Position numbers and translations under genes: made by a program | The notes under the pieces: generated by a model | Databases searched by the model: none | What the model saw: the letters and a program-made list of their open reading frames with translations, nothing else | Told to the model about the DNA's origin: nothing | In this document: one piece after another, positions 30,988-41,021 of the stretch | How the letters are laid out: every line of letters begins with the position of its first letter | Position numbering within the stretch: position 1 is the stretch's first letter | NCBI GenBank assembly: GCA_963748815.1 | Contig: CAVVKJ010000005.1 | Coordinates: 448,001 to 512,000, forward strand | Source of the DNA: an uncultured Gemmatimonadales bacterium | GTDB taxonomy: Bacteria; Gemmatimonadota; Gemmatimonadetes; Gemmatimonadales; GWC2-71-9 | Length of the DNA: 64,000 nucleotides | Direction: 5' to 3'

Positions 30988-32814
30988 ATGTGCGGAGTTG
31001 TCGGGTATGTGGGCCCCCGCCAGGCGGCGGCGATTCTCCTCGACGGCTTGCGTCGGATGGAGTATCGCGGATACGACTCGGCCGGCATCGCGGTCATCAA
31101 CGGCACGGGCCTCAAGATCCACAAGGCGGCGGGCAAGCTCAGCAACCTCGAGAAGCAGGTCGCCGACCACCTCCCGTCCGGCACGATCGGCATCGGTCAC
31201 ACCCGCTGGGCCACCCACGGCGCCCCCACCACTCCGAACGCCCATCCCCACACCGACCAGACCGGCCGGATCGCGCTGATCCACAACGGCATCATCGAGA
31301 ATGCCGGGTCGATCCGGAAGGCGCTGCTCAAGCGCGACCACATCTTCACCTCCGAGACGGACACCGAGGTGCTCGCGCACCTGGTCGGCGAGCTCTACCA
31401 GGGCGACCTGGAGGAGGCCGTCGCCGCGGCGTTGCGCGAAGTCGATGGCGCCTACGGCATCGCGGTGATTTCCGCCGACGAGCCGGACGTGCTGGTGGCG
31501 GCCCGGAACGGGTCTCCCCTGATCGTCGGCGTCGGCGAGAACGAGCGTTTCGTGGCCTCCGACGCCTCGCCGCTGCTCGAGCACACCCGCTCGGTCGTGT
31601 ATCTCGACGACGGGGAAATGGTCATCCTGACCCGCGACGGGTACCGGGTGCGCGACCTCGAGGTCAAGAACATCGACAAGCCGGTCAACCAGATCGACTG
31701 GGACCTCGCGACGATCGAGAAGGGCGGCAACGAGCACTTCATGCTCAAGGAGATCTGCGAGCAGCCGGAGTCGCTCGCCAACACCCTCCGCGGGCACCTG
31801 CTCGAGGAGGAAGGCACCGCCCGGGTCAGCGGCCTCAACATGACCGACGACGAGCTTATCGCGGTCGAGCGGATCATCATCACCGCCTGCGGCACCTCCT
31901 GGCACAGCGCCCTGATCGGCGAGTACATGCTCGAGGAACTGGCCCGCGTCCCGGTCGAGGTGGAGTACGCCTCCGAGTTCCGGTACCGCAATCCCGTGGT
32001 GAACGAGCGCACGCTGGTCATCGGCATCAGCCAGTCCGGCGAGACCGCCGACACGCTGGCCGCCATCCGCGAGGCCCGCCGCCGGGGTGCGCGGACCATC
32101 GGGCTGGTCAACGTGGTGGGCAGCACGATCGCGCGCGAGGTCGACGGCGGGACCTACCTCCACGCCGGCCCGGAAGTGGGCGTGGCGTCCACCAAGGCCT
32201 TCACCAGCCAGGTGGCCGCGCTCGCGCTCCTGACCCTCCGGATTGGCCGCCTGCGGAACCTGAGCATCCTCCAGGGCCGCCAGTTCATCCAGGCGCTTAC
32301 GGCGCTGCCGGCCCAGATCGAACAGATCCTGGCGAAGGAAGACGAAGTGAAGGTGCTCGCCGAGCGGTTCTTCACCGGCAACAACGCGCTGTACCTCGGC
32401 CGGGGCGTCAACTTCCCGGTGGCGCTGGAAGGCGCGCTGAAGCTCAAGGAAATCTCGTACATCCACGCGGAGGGGTATCCCGCCGCGGAAATGAAGCACG
32501 GGCCGATCGCGCTCATCGACGAGAACATGCCGGTGGTGTTCATCGCCCCGCGGGACGCGGTGCACTCGAAGATCGTGTCCAACATCGAGGAGGTGAAGGC
32601 GCGGGGCGGCAAGGTGCTCGCCATCTGCTCCGAGGACGACGCCGAGATCGAGCGGCTGGCGGACGCGACCTTCACCATCCCGCAGACGCTCGACCTGCTG
32701 ACCCCGATCCTGACGATCATCCCGCTCCAGCTGCTCTCGTACTACGTGGCGGTGCGCCGCGGGTGCAACGTGGACCAGCCCCGCAACCTCGCCAAGTCGG
32801 TCACGGTCGAGTAG
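30988..32814 (+). CDS. glmS: glutamine-fructose-6-phosphate transaminase
   Basis: MCG start, EYRGYDSAG, GHTRWATHG, SQSGET, PRNLAKSVTVE. Confidence 0.98.
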   Translation: MCGVVGYVGPRQAAAILLDGLRRMEYRGYDSAGIAVINGTGLKIHKAAGKLSNLEKQVADHLPSGTIGIGHTRWATHGAPTTPNAHPHTDQTGRIALIHNGIIENAGSIRKALLKRDHIFTSETDTEVLAHLVGELYQGDLEEAVAAALREVDGAYGIAVISADEPDVLVAARNGSPLIVGVGENERFVASDASPLLEHTRSVVYLDDGEMVILTRDGYRVRDLEVKNIDKPVNQIDWDLATIEKGGNEHFMLKEICEQPESLANTLRGHLLEEEGTARVSGLNMTDDELIAVERIIITACGTSWHSALIGEYMLEELARVPVEVEYASEFRYRNPVVNERTLVIGISQSGETADTLAAIREARRRGARTIGLVNVVGSTIAREVDGGTYLHAGPEVGVASTKAFTSQVAALALLTLRIGRLRNLSILQGRQFIQALTALPAQIEQILAKEDEVKVLAERFFTGNNALYLGRGVNFPVALEGALKLKEISYIHAEGYPAAEMKHGPIALIDENMPVVFIAPRDAVHSKIVSNIEEVKARGGKVLAICSEDDAEIERLADATFTIPQTLDLLTPILTIIPLQLLSYYVAVRRGCNVDQPRNLAKSVTVE

Positions 32815-32820
32815 CGGAGG

Positions 32821-33264
32821 GTGCGCGTCGTCCTCCAGCGGGTCTCCCGCGCCAGCGTGACGGTCGGCGGCCGGGTCACCGGCGCCATCGGCCGCGGGTA
32901 CCTCCTCCTCGCCGGCTTCCACCTCACCGACACCCCCGCGCAGTGCGACTGGATGGCCGCCAAGATCGCCGGGCTGCGTCTCTTTCCCGATGACGAGGGG
33001 AAAATGAACCGCGACCTCGCCGACGTCGACGGGGGGGTGCTGGTCGTCAGCCAGTTCACGCTTTTCGGCGACACCGAGCGGGGCCGCCGGCCCTCCTTCA
33101 TCGAGGCGGCTCGCCCCGAACAGGCCATTCCCCTGTACGAGCGATTTCTCGCGCAGCTGCGCACGGCCGGGCTCCGGGTCGAGGCCGGCGAATTTGGCGC
33201 CGACATGCAGGTGGAACTCCTGAACGACGGTCCCGTCACCCTCATCCTCGAGCGTCCGGCATGA
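32821..33264 (+). CDS. dtd: D-aminoacyl-tRNA deacylase
   Basis: QRVSRASV, VSQFTL, FGADM, NDGPVT. Confidence 0.96.
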   Translation: MRVVLQRVSRASVTVGGRVTGAIGRGYLLLAGFHLTDTPAQCDWMAAKIAGLRLFPDDEGKMNRDLADVDGGVLVVSQFTLFGDTERGRRPSFIEAARPEQAIPLYERFLAQLRTAGLRVEAGEFGADMQVELLNDGPVTLILERPA

Positions 33265-33833
33265 CTCCCCTGATCCTCGCCTCGGCCTCGCCTCGACGCC
33301 GCCAGCTGCTCGAGATGCTCGGCATCGAAGTCGATGTCCGCCCCTCGCAGGTGCCCGAGGTCCGGAAACCGGGCGAGGGCCCCCGCGACTATGCGCTGCG
33401 CCTGGCCCACGACAAGGCGAGTGCGGTGCCGGGCGACCTGGTGCTGGCGGCCGACACCATCGTGGTGCTCGACGAGGAACTGCTCGAGAAACCGCTGGAC
33501 GAGGACGATGCGGTGCAGATGCTGCTTCGGCTGCAGGGCAGGACGCACCACGTTATCACGGCGGTGGCGCTCCGGGCCGGCATTACGGTCTTCGAGGCGG
33601 TGGACGTGACGGCGGTGACCTTCCGGCCGGCGCGCGAGGGGATGCTGCGCGCCTACGTCCGGACCGGCGAGCCGATGGACAAGGCGGGCGCCTATGGCAT
33701 CCAGGGGTACGGGGCGGCGCTGGTGGAGGGAATCGACGGCGATTTCTTCGGGGTGATGGGGCTACCCCTCCGCCTCGTCCTGGACCTGCTTGCGGAGGCT
33801 GGATTCCCGTATTCGTTTCCCGGTGAGGACTGA
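33261..33833 (+). CDS. maf: Maf-family nucleoside triphosphate pyrophosphatase
   Basis: LASASPRR, ADTIV, EKP, DKAGAYGIQG, VMGLP. Confidence 0.93.
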   Translation: MTPLILASASPRRRQLLEMLGIEVDVRPSQVPEVRKPGEGPRDYALRLAHDKASAVPGDLVLAADTIVVLDEELLEKPLDEDDAVQMLLRLQGRTHHVITAVALRAGITVFEAVDVTAVTFRPAREGMLRAYVRTGEPMDKAGAYGIQGYGAALVEGIDGDFFGVMGLPLRLVLDLLAEAGFPYSFPGED

Positions 33834-33866
33834 GGACTGAGGGACTGAGGACTGAGGACTGAGGAC
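33824..33866. repeat. heptamer tandem repeat (TGAGGAC)x6
   Basis: Six units, one with an extra G; supplies the maf stop codon; same unit as 20505-20542. Confidence 0.92.
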
Positions 33867-33876
33867 CTGACTGGCC

Positions 33877-35493
33877 TCAGCCCTCAGCCGCCTGTCCTTT
33901 CATCCGGTAGACCGTGACTCTCCCCGCCCGACCCTTGATGTCGATTCCTTCCGCCCGCTCGACGGCGGGCTTCGCCTTGCCCAGCTGTCGATAGAACGAC
34001 TCCGCGAGCAGAATTTCCCCGGGCGCGGCCGCGGAGCAGAGCCGTGAGGCGACGTTCACCGCGTCGCCGATGACGGTGTACTCCAGTCGACGGTGGCTGC
34101 CGATGTTCCCGGCAAAGACCTCCCCGTAGTTGATTCCGATCCCGACACTGATCGTGGGCCGACCCTGCGCGGCCCACCGCGCGTTGATCTCGCCCACCGC
34201 CCGCTGCATGCCCACCGCGGCGTGGAGCGCGCGCTCCGCGTCGTCGGGATGGCTGATGGGGGCGCCCCACTGCGCCATGATGGCGTCGCCGATGAACTTG
34301 TCGAGGGTGCCGCCGTGCTCGAAAATCACGTCCACCATCTCGGTGAAATAGGCGCTGAGCAGACCGGCGATCGCGTCCGGCGGCATCGACTCCGCGAGCG
34401 CGGTGAAGCCCCGGATGTCACTGAAGAGAATGGTCAGGGGCTGGCGTGTCCCGCCGAGTTCCACCGTGCCTTGCCGTCCGGCGATTTCCGCTGCGACCGA
34501 GGGCGCGAAGTACCGCTCGAAGTTGGCGCGGGTGGCGGCCTCCCGCTGGGCCGCGTCGGCCGAACGGGCGGCGCGCATCCCTCCCGCCGCGATGCCGCCG
34601 AAGGCCACCAGGAACTGGAGGTCCTCCTCGGTAAAGCTCCCCGGCGTGGCAAGGTTGTCGACATAGAGCAGCCCGAGCACCTCGTCCCGCTCCGCCAGCA
34701 GCGGGGCGCACATGGCGCCGCGGACACTCTGCTGCACCACTGACTTCCCGGTAAATCGCTCGTCCGCCGCGGCGTTGTCGGTCTGCAGCGCCACCCGCTC
34801 CTCCACCGCCTTGCGCGCGATGGACTGCGGCACGCGCAGACTCTCCGCCCCGCCGAGACGACTGCGCGAGGCGGCCGGCACGAGATCGCCGCTCTTTGTG
34901 TCGCGGAGCAGGATGGCGACCCGATCCACGTTGAGCACCTGGAAGGTGGTCTCGGCCACCGTGTTCAGCAGACGGTCGAGGTCGAGCTCCCCGGAGAGGC
35001 GATTGGAAAGGGCGAGGAGGTGGGCCAGCTTTTCCGCCTGTCGCTCCGGGCCCCCGGAACCGACGCGGAGCAGGCCGTCCGCCGGCGCGGCATCCACCCG
35101 CGCGGGGGTGTCCGCGCTGACTGCGAGCTGCCGGACAATGGTCCCGCCCTTCGGGCCCGCCGGTGCGGCGGGCATGGGGACTCGATGCTCGGCCGTCACC
35201 TCCAGCGCGCGGAGATAGTAGGAAATCTTGCCAAACGCGACCGCATCGTTGGGCGCCAGCCACCCCTCGGTGACCCGCACCCCGTTGATCGACGTGCCAT
35301 TGGAACTGCCGAGATCGCGGACGCGCACTCCCTCGCCCTGGTCGTCGGCGGTGAGTTCAGCGTGGTGGCGGGAGACGGTTGGGTCGAAGACCGGGACGTC
35401 GCACTCGACGGCCCGCCCCACGATCAGGGTGCGGCCGGCGGGCAGCTCGAAGCGCTGGTCGCCGCCGAAGCTGATGAGCGAGAAGAGTGGCAT
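33877..35493 (-). CDS. FHA-GAF-class III adenylate cyclase
   Basis: FHA (VGR, VSRHHA, DLGSSNGT), GAF (MCAPL, LYVDN), cyclase (FSDIRGFT, DKFIGD, YTVIGDAVNVASRL). Confidence 0.93.
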   Translation of the reverse strand: MPLFSLISFGGDQRFELPAGRTLIVGRAVECDVPVFDPTVSRHHAELTADDQGEGVRVRDLGSSNGTSINGVRVTEGWLAPNDAVAFGKISYYLRALEVTAEHRVPMPAAPAGPKGGTIVRQLAVSADTPARVDAAPADGLLRVGSGGPERQAEKLAHLLALSNRLSGELDLDRLLNTVAETTFQVLNVDRVAILLRDTKSGDLVPAASRSRLGGAESLRVPQSIARKAVEERVALQTDNAAADERFTGKSVVQQSVRGAMCAPLLAERDEVLGLLYVDNLATPGSFTEEDLQFLVAFGGIAAGGMRAARSADAAQREAATRANFERYFAPSVAAEIAGRQGTVELGGTRQPLTILFSDIRGFTALAESMPPDAIAGLLSAYFTEMVDVIFEHGGTLDKFIGDAIMAQWGAPISHPDDAERALHAAVGMQRAVGEINARWAAQGRPTISVGIGINYGEVFAGNIGSHRRLEYTVIGDAVNVASRLCSAAAPGEILLAESFYRQLGKAKPAVERAEGIDIKGRAGRVTVYRMKGQAAEG

Positions 35494-35542
35494 GATGGCG
35501 GGAATCTAGCGCGTCAGGCGCCGGCTCGGGGGATGGCGCGCC

Positions 35543-36163
35543 TCAACGCGGCGCCACCATCTGGTAGCGGCCGAGGGTTGCGACGGTGGCTCGCAGGTTG
35601 TCGCTGGCGGGGCGGGTGGAGCGCAGGGTCTGGAACTGGGCGCCGTCGTCCTCGGCGAGCGCCACCACGAGCGCCTGCTCGAACAGGACATCCGTGGGGT
35701 AGCGGGTGCGACTGTCGGAGGGGGCGGCAAAGTGCACGGGATACTTGAACGTCAGGTGTACCGGCGAGGCCATCGTCGCCTCGCTCGCCAGGGTGAGGCC
35801 GTACGTCCCGGGAAGCGGCCGGAGCGAGAGGGTCACGAGTTCGCCGCCTCGGGCCGGTACCAGGGCGCCGGCCGGCACATCGACTTCCGCGAAGACGGTG
35901 TTGTCAGGCGGCCCGTGCCGAAGCACAATCGATCGCCCCGCGGACGCCGCAAACGTCACCGAGGTATCGGGGGCCTGGGCGCCCCAGACCTCCACGGTGA
36001 ACACCTGGTCGGCGCGGTACATCCGCGGCGCCGGTCCCGGCGCCGGACCCTCGATGCTCGCGGCCGAGCCCCGGCAGGCGCTGATGCCCGCGACCAGGCA
36101 GAGCGCCAGCACGACGCCTCCGGCACCGCTTGCTCCATCTCTCCCTATCCGGGATATTCTCAA
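35543..36163 (-). CDS. hypothetical lipoprotein, start uncertain
   Basis: VVLALCLVAGISAC lipobox followed by a beta-rich domain; only TTG 36163 or GTG 36112 in frame; an out-of-frame ATG at 36138 has an RBS. Confidence 0.6.
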   Translation of the reverse strand: MRISRIGRDGASGAGGVVLALCLVAGISACRGSAASIEGPAPGPAPRMYRADQVFTVEVWGAQAPDTSVTFAASAGRSIVLRHGPPDNTVFAEVDVPAGALVPARGGELVTLSLRPLPGTYGLTLASEATMASPVHLTFKYPVHFAAPSDSRTRYPTDVLFEQALVVALAEDDGAQFQTLRSTRPASDNLRATVATLGRYQMVAPR

Positions 36164-36166
36164 GTG

Positions 36167-38209
36167 ATGCGCCTCCGCCTCCAGGTCCTCGTCGCCATCA
36201 CGTTCGCGCTTGCCCCTCCGCTCGCGGCCCAGCAATGGAACACGCCGGAGGTGCTGGCGCTGGTGGGTCGCGGCACGGCTCGCCGTCAGCTGGTGGAGGC
36301 CGACACCACCCTGCGCTCGTACCGGGCGGAAGCCCGCGGCTTCGTCCTCTTCATGGCGCAGGTCGGATCGGGGCTGACCGAGCCGCCGCGCCTCGTGAAG
36401 GCCGACCAGCTGCAACTGGAAGTGTATTGGCGGGCACCGGGGATCAGCAAGCAGACCATCCTCGGGTGGCGCGACGGCACCTGGCTGCCCACCGATATCA
36501 ACTACCATCGCGACCACCTCGGCGTGGTCACCAACAACTACGGGAACCGCATCCGCATCGGGGAGGGGGATGAAGTCCGCGACGTCTTCCACCCCCTCTC
36601 CCCGCAGGGGATGGCGCTGTACGATTTCGCCCTCCAGGACTCGCTCGCCCTCTCGGCCAACACCCGCTCCGTCCAGGTGTATGAGGTTGCGGTCCGCCCG
36701 AAGTCCTTCGCCCAGCCGCTGGTCATCGGCACGCTCTACCTCGACGTCGAAACCGCCGAGGTCGTCCAGTTCCGCTTCAGCTTCACCCCGGTCGCCTACC
36801 TCGACCCGCAGCTCGAAGACATCAGCATCGTCCTGGAGAATGCGCTGTACGAAGGGCGCTACTGGTTGCCGGAACGACAGCAGGTCGAGATCCGGCGCCG
36901 AACGACCTGGCTCGACTTTCCCGCCCGGGGGATCATTCAGGGCCGGTGGGAGGTCGGCGACTACGATCTCAACGCGGAATTCCCCGCCGCGCTCAACGCG
37001 GCCCCGGCCATCGGCGGGCTGCGGGAGCCTGCCCCCGACGCAACCACGTGGCCGCAGCCGCTGGCGGACGCCGTCGCCGGGATGGCCGACCCTGTCACCC
37101 AGCAGGACATGACCGCGCTCCGACAACAGGTGGAACGCATCGCTGGGGACCGGGCCCTCAGCGGGCTCAATGGGACGCGGATCGCCTCGAACTCCATCAG
37201 CGAGCTCGCACATGTCAACCGGGTGCAGGGCCTCACGCTCGGGTTCGGGCTGACCCTGCAGGCGGCCCAGCGGCGGATCGCGCTCCGCCCCTACGCCGCG
37301 TACGGCACCAGCGACGGCCGGCTCTTCGGCCGGCTGGTCGTGGACCTCGGACTCGGGACCAACACGGTCAGTGTCGGGGCGGGGCGCCGGGTGCAGGACG
37401 TGAGCGACTTTCTCATCACCGCCCCCGTGCTCAACTCCATCACCTCCCAGGAGGTTGGGCAGGACTACGGCGACTACGCGCTGGTGGACTGGCTGAACCT
37501 CGGGATCCGCAGGCCGATTGCGGACCGGACGGCGCTCACGCTCTCGATCGGGGTGCAGGAGAGCCACGATATGGCTGTGGCCGCGACCCCCGCGCGCGGA
37601 ACCTACCGGGCCAATCCGGCGCTCGGGGCGGGGCGCTACACGTTGGGGACGGTGGGGTTGACGCGTGAAGCCGAGGGAATGCCCGCGCGCCACGACCTCA
37701 GCGGCGAGCTGCTCCTCGAGGGTGGAACCGGCCCGACCGACTACCTCCGTGCCACGGTCCGTGGCCGGTGGCAGGCCCCACTCGGCGGCGGGGCGCTCCG
37801 GGTCCTTGCCTATGGCGGGGTCGGCGGCGACGGCATGCCGGCGTACCGGAGTTTCGTGATGGGCGGCCGGGGCAGCCTGGTCGGCTACTCCTTCCGGGAG
37901 TTTGGCGGCCGGAGCCTGGCGTTGGCGCACGCCGAGTGGCGCTTCGACCTCCCGGCCCCCGCCATCCCGCTTGGGACCTTCGCGAGCACCGGCCGTACCT
38001 TCGTGCTGGCCCCCTTCCTTGGCGCTGGCTGGAGCGAGCGGGCGGTGGCGGGCACCCCGTGGGCCGCGAGCGATGGCCTCCGCGGCACGGTCGGGCTGGC
38101 GACCGAGTGGTTCATGGGGCTCCTCCGGCTGGAGGCGGGCTACGGGCTCCGTGACGGGCTGTTCGAGGTCACACTCGACATCAGCCGGGAGTGGTGGAAC
38201 ATCCTGTAG
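36167..38209 (+). CDS. secreted/outer-membrane beta-barrel protein (DUF5686-like architecture)
   Basis: Signal peptide (LAAQ), GTLYLD and YWLP motifs, NRVQGLTLG, amphipathic strands at the C-terminus. Confidence 0.65.
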   Translation: MRLRLQVLVAITFALAPPLAAQQWNTPEVLALVGRGTARRQLVEADTTLRSYRAEARGFVLFMAQVGSGLTEPPRLVKADQLQLEVYWRAPGISKQTILGWRDGTWLPTDINYHRDHLGVVTNNYGNRIRIGEGDEVRDVFHPLSPQGMALYDFALQDSLALSANTRSVQVYEVAVRPKSFAQPLVIGTLYLDVETAEVVQFRFSFTPVAYLDPQLEDISIVLENALYEGRYWLPERQQVEIRRRTTWLDFPARGIIQGRWEVGDYDLNAEFPAALNAAPAIGGLREPAPDATTWPQPLADAVAGMADPVTQQDMTALRQQVERIAGDRALSGLNGTRIASNSISELAHVNRVQGLTLGFGLTLQAAQRRIALRPYAAYGTSDGRLFGRLVVDLGLGTNTVSVGAGRRVQDVSDFLITAPVLNSITSQEVGQDYGDYALVDWLNLGIRRPIADRTALTLSIGVQESHDMAVAATPARGTYRANPALGAGRYTLGTVGLTREAEGMPARHDLSGELLLEGGTGPTDYLRATVRGRWQAPLGGGALRVLAYGGVGGDGMPAYRSFVMGGRGSLVGYSFREFGGRSLALAHAEWRFDLPAPAIPLGTFASTGRTFVLAPFLGAGWSERAVAGTPWAASDGLRGTVGLATEWFMGLLRLEAGYGLRDGLFEVTLDISREWWNIL

Positions 38210-38279
38210 CGTTGGCACTACCCATTGCCCCCCGGGCGGCCTTTATTTCTGGTTCTACTTCCTTGAGGTAAGCTGCGGA

Positions 38280-40529
38280 ATGGCATTTCTGGACGAATGG
38301 CTGGTTCCCACGCTGGAAATCACGGTGCCCGAGGAGGCCATGGCGGCCATCCGCGAGGCCGCCGAGGCGACGCCGACGTCGCTCTGGGAACAGCTCGTCC
38401 AGCGCCGGATCATGACTGACGACGAGATTCTGACCGCCATTTCCGCCCGTTTCCGCCTGCCGCTGGCCGATTTGACCACGATGGACATGAAGGTGCGGGA
38501 CGTGGTGCCGGAGAGCGTCGCCCGCAAGCACCACGTGCTGCCGCTGCGGATCACCGACTCGACCCTCGACGCCGCCACCGCCAATCCGTTCGACATCGAC
38601 GCCGAGAAGATGCTGGCCTTCGCGACCGGGCGCGAGGTGCGGCTGCTGCTGACCTCGCCGGGGCGGATCAAGGACCGGCTCGAGGAGCTGTATCGGGGCG
38701 AGAATCTTGTCTCGAAGCTGCTTGGCGGCCTGGAGACCGGCGCCGACGTCCAGCAGATCGAGGACACGCCGGAGGACGTCAGTGCCTCCGCGGACGAGGC
38801 GAGCCAGAAGCCGATCATTCGACTGGTGGACATGATGCTGGCCGACGGCGTCACCAGCCGGGCCAGCGACATCCACGTCGAGCCGATCGAGGGCGGCGTC
38901 ACGGTGCGCTACCGCATCGACGGGGTGCTCCGGCAGGTCATGACGGTGCCGCGGGCCGCCGGCGTCCCGCTGATTTCCCGGATCAAGATCATGTCGGGGC
39001 TCGACATCGCCGACCGGCTCCGGCCGCAGGACGGTCGGGCTCGTATCGCCATCAACAACGACAAGGTGGACCTCCGCGTCTCGACCCTCCCCGCCACCTA
39101 TGGCGAGAAGGTCGTCATCCGAATCCTCAACCAGAAGTCCACCGTCCTGTCGCTGGAGACGCTGGGGCTCTTCGTCGAGGAACGGGCGCAGATCGAGCGC
39201 CTGCTGGGGTACAAGGAAGGCATCATCCTCGTCACCGGCCCGACCGGCTCGGGCAAGACCACGACGCTGTACTCCGCCCTCCGGATGATCCAGAGCGAGG
39301 GAGTCAACATCGTCACGGTCGAGGACCCGGTCGAGTTCCGGCTGGGCAAGCACATCGTCCAGGTCCAGATCAACGAGAAGGCCGGCCTCACCTTTTCCAC
39401 TGCCTTGCGGTCGATCCTGCGGCAGGACCCCGACGTCGTGCTGGTCGGCGAAATCCGCGACGGCGAAACGGCGCAGATCGCCGTGCAGGCGTCGCTCACC
39501 GGCCACCTCGTCCTCTCCACGCTGCACACCAACGACGCGCCGAACTCCGTCACCCGCCTCGTCGACATGGGGATGCAGGCCTACAAGATCGGCGCGGCGC
39601 TCCGCGGCGTGATCGCCCAGCGCCTGATGCGCCGGCTCTGCCTCTCCTGCCGCGTCGTGCAGCGGGATCCGGTGCCGGAGCGCGTGATGCAGTATTTCAC
39701 CAATGCCAAGACGCTCTACCAGCCGAAGGGGTGCCCCGACTGCGCCATGACCGGGTATCGCGGCCGATTCTCCATCGTGGAGATCCTCACGATGAGCCCC
39801 GAGATCGAGCGGCTGATCGGCCAGGGCGCCACGGTGGACCTCATCGCGACCGCGGCCCGGCAGAACGGGATGCTCTCGCTGTTCGAGAGCGGGCTGCGGC
39901 ACGTGATCGAGGGCGACAGTTCGGTCGACGAACTGCTCCGGGTGACCGACATCCCGATGGAAGGGCGCTACGGTGCGGCGGGCGCCCGGCAGGCGGCGCT
40001 CGGTATCCCCTCGCTCTATCCGACGGGGGTCTTTCCCGCCGTGCCGCAGGGGCAGGCGGCACCGGCCGCGCCGGCGGTCGACCTGACCACCGCGTTTGAA
40101 CTGCTGGAGGACGCTCCCCCGGTGGAGGAGCCCGCCGTCGACGCCTCGCGCGGGGTCTCGGTCCTCCTGGTGGACGACGAGGACCAGCTCCGGCGGGTCA
40201 TGAAAGACCTCCTCGAACGGGACGGCTACCTCGTCCACGAGGCGCGGGACGGCGTGCAGGCGCTCGACCAGGTGGACCGGGTGGCGCCCGACATCATCGT
40301 GCTGGACCTCAACCTTCCCGGGCTCGACGGGTACGGCGTGCTGGCCAAGCTCCGCTCCCGTCCCACCACGCAGGACATCCCGGTCATCGTGCTGACCGCC
40401 AAGGGCGACGAGGACAACGAGGTCCGCGTCTTCGAGCTCGGCGCCGATGACTTCCTGACCAAGCCCTTCCGGGCGCGCGCGCTCTCCGCCCGGCTGGACG
40501 CCGTCCTCAATCGGCGCCGGGCCGGGTAG
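38280..40529 (+). CDS. GspE/PilB-family secretion ATPase fused to a C-terminal receiver domain
   Basis: ASDIHVEP, PQDGR, GPTGSGKTT, EDPVE, LRQDPD, GEIRD, CxxC...CxxC; REC VDDED/LDLNLPG/TKP. Confidence 0.92.
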   Translation: MAFLDEWLVPTLEITVPEEAMAAIREAAEATPTSLWEQLVQRRIMTDDEILTAISARFRLPLADLTTMDMKVRDVVPESVARKHHVLPLRITDSTLDAATANPFDIDAEKMLAFATGREVRLLLTSPGRIKDRLEELYRGENLVSKLLGGLETGADVQQIEDTPEDVSASADEASQKPIIRLVDMMLADGVTSRASDIHVEPIEGGVTVRYRIDGVLRQVMTVPRAAGVPLISRIKIMSGLDIADRLRPQDGRARIAINNDKVDLRVSTLPATYGEKVVIRILNQKSTVLSLETLGLFVEERAQIERLLGYKEGIILVTGPTGSGKTTTLYSALRMIQSEGVNIVTVEDPVEFRLGKHIVQVQINEKAGLTFSTALRSILRQDPDVVLVGEIRDGETAQIAVQASLTGHLVLSTLHTNDAPNSVTRLVDMGMQAYKIGAALRGVIAQRLMRRLCLSCRVVQRDPVPERVMQYFTNAKTLYQPKGCPDCAMTGYRGRFSIVEILTMSPEIERLIGQGATVDLIATAARQNGMLSLFESGLRHVIEGDSSVDELLRVTDIPMEGRYGAAGARQAALGIPSLYPTGVFPAVPQGQAAPAAPAVDLTTAFELLEDAPPVEEPAVDASRGVSVLLVDDEDQLRRVMKDLLERDGYLVHEARDGVQALDQVDRVAPDIIVLDLNLPGLDGYGVLAKLRSRPTTQDIPVIVLTAKGDEDNEVRVFELGADDFLTKPFRARALSARLDAVLNRRRAG

Positions 40530-40553
40530 CCGGGCGCCGGAAAGCAGCGGGGC

Positions 40554-41021
40554 ATGACCGACGTTCGCGTGTCGATGATCGATCTCTACGTGGCCCGCCC
40601 GGTCGGGGCGGGCTTCGAGTTTCTGGTGCTCCGTCGGAGCGGGGGCGGGCGGTCACGAGGGGCGTGGGAGGCGGTGCACGGGCATCTCGAGGCGGGCGAG
40701 TCGCCGGTCGACGGGGCCTGCCGCGAGTTGCTGGAGGAGACCGGACTCGCCCCCGCGGCGCTCTACAACCTGAGCCGCGTCGAGTCCTTCTACCTGCACC
40801 GGGAGGATGCGGTGGCCGTCATTCCCGCCTTCGTGGCCTTCGTGCCCGCGGCCGCCGAGCCCGTGCTCTCCGACGAACACGACGCGGCGGAGTGGCTGTC
40901 GGCAGACCTGGCCCGGAGCCGGCTCGCGTGGCCCCGGTCCCGCCGCGCACTCGACGACATCCTGGTGCTGTTCGCCGACGGCAGCGCCGGCCCGCTGGAG
41001 GACCTGCTTCGCCTATGCTGA
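40554..41021 (+). CDS. NUDIX hydrolase (NudB-like)
   Basis: Nudix box GHLEAGESPVDGACRELLEETGL; LSDEH. Confidence 0.88.
   Translation: MTDVRVSMIDLYVARPVGAGFEFLVLRRSGGGRSRGAWEAVHGHLEAGESPVDGACRELLEETGLAPAALYNLSRVESFYLHREDAVAVIPAFVAFVPAAAEPVLSDEHDAAEWLSADLARSRLAWPRSRRALDDILVLFADGSAGPLEDLLRLC

Noticed and set aside
30970..30988. glmS ribozyme
   Set aside because: Only 17 bp between glmM and glmS
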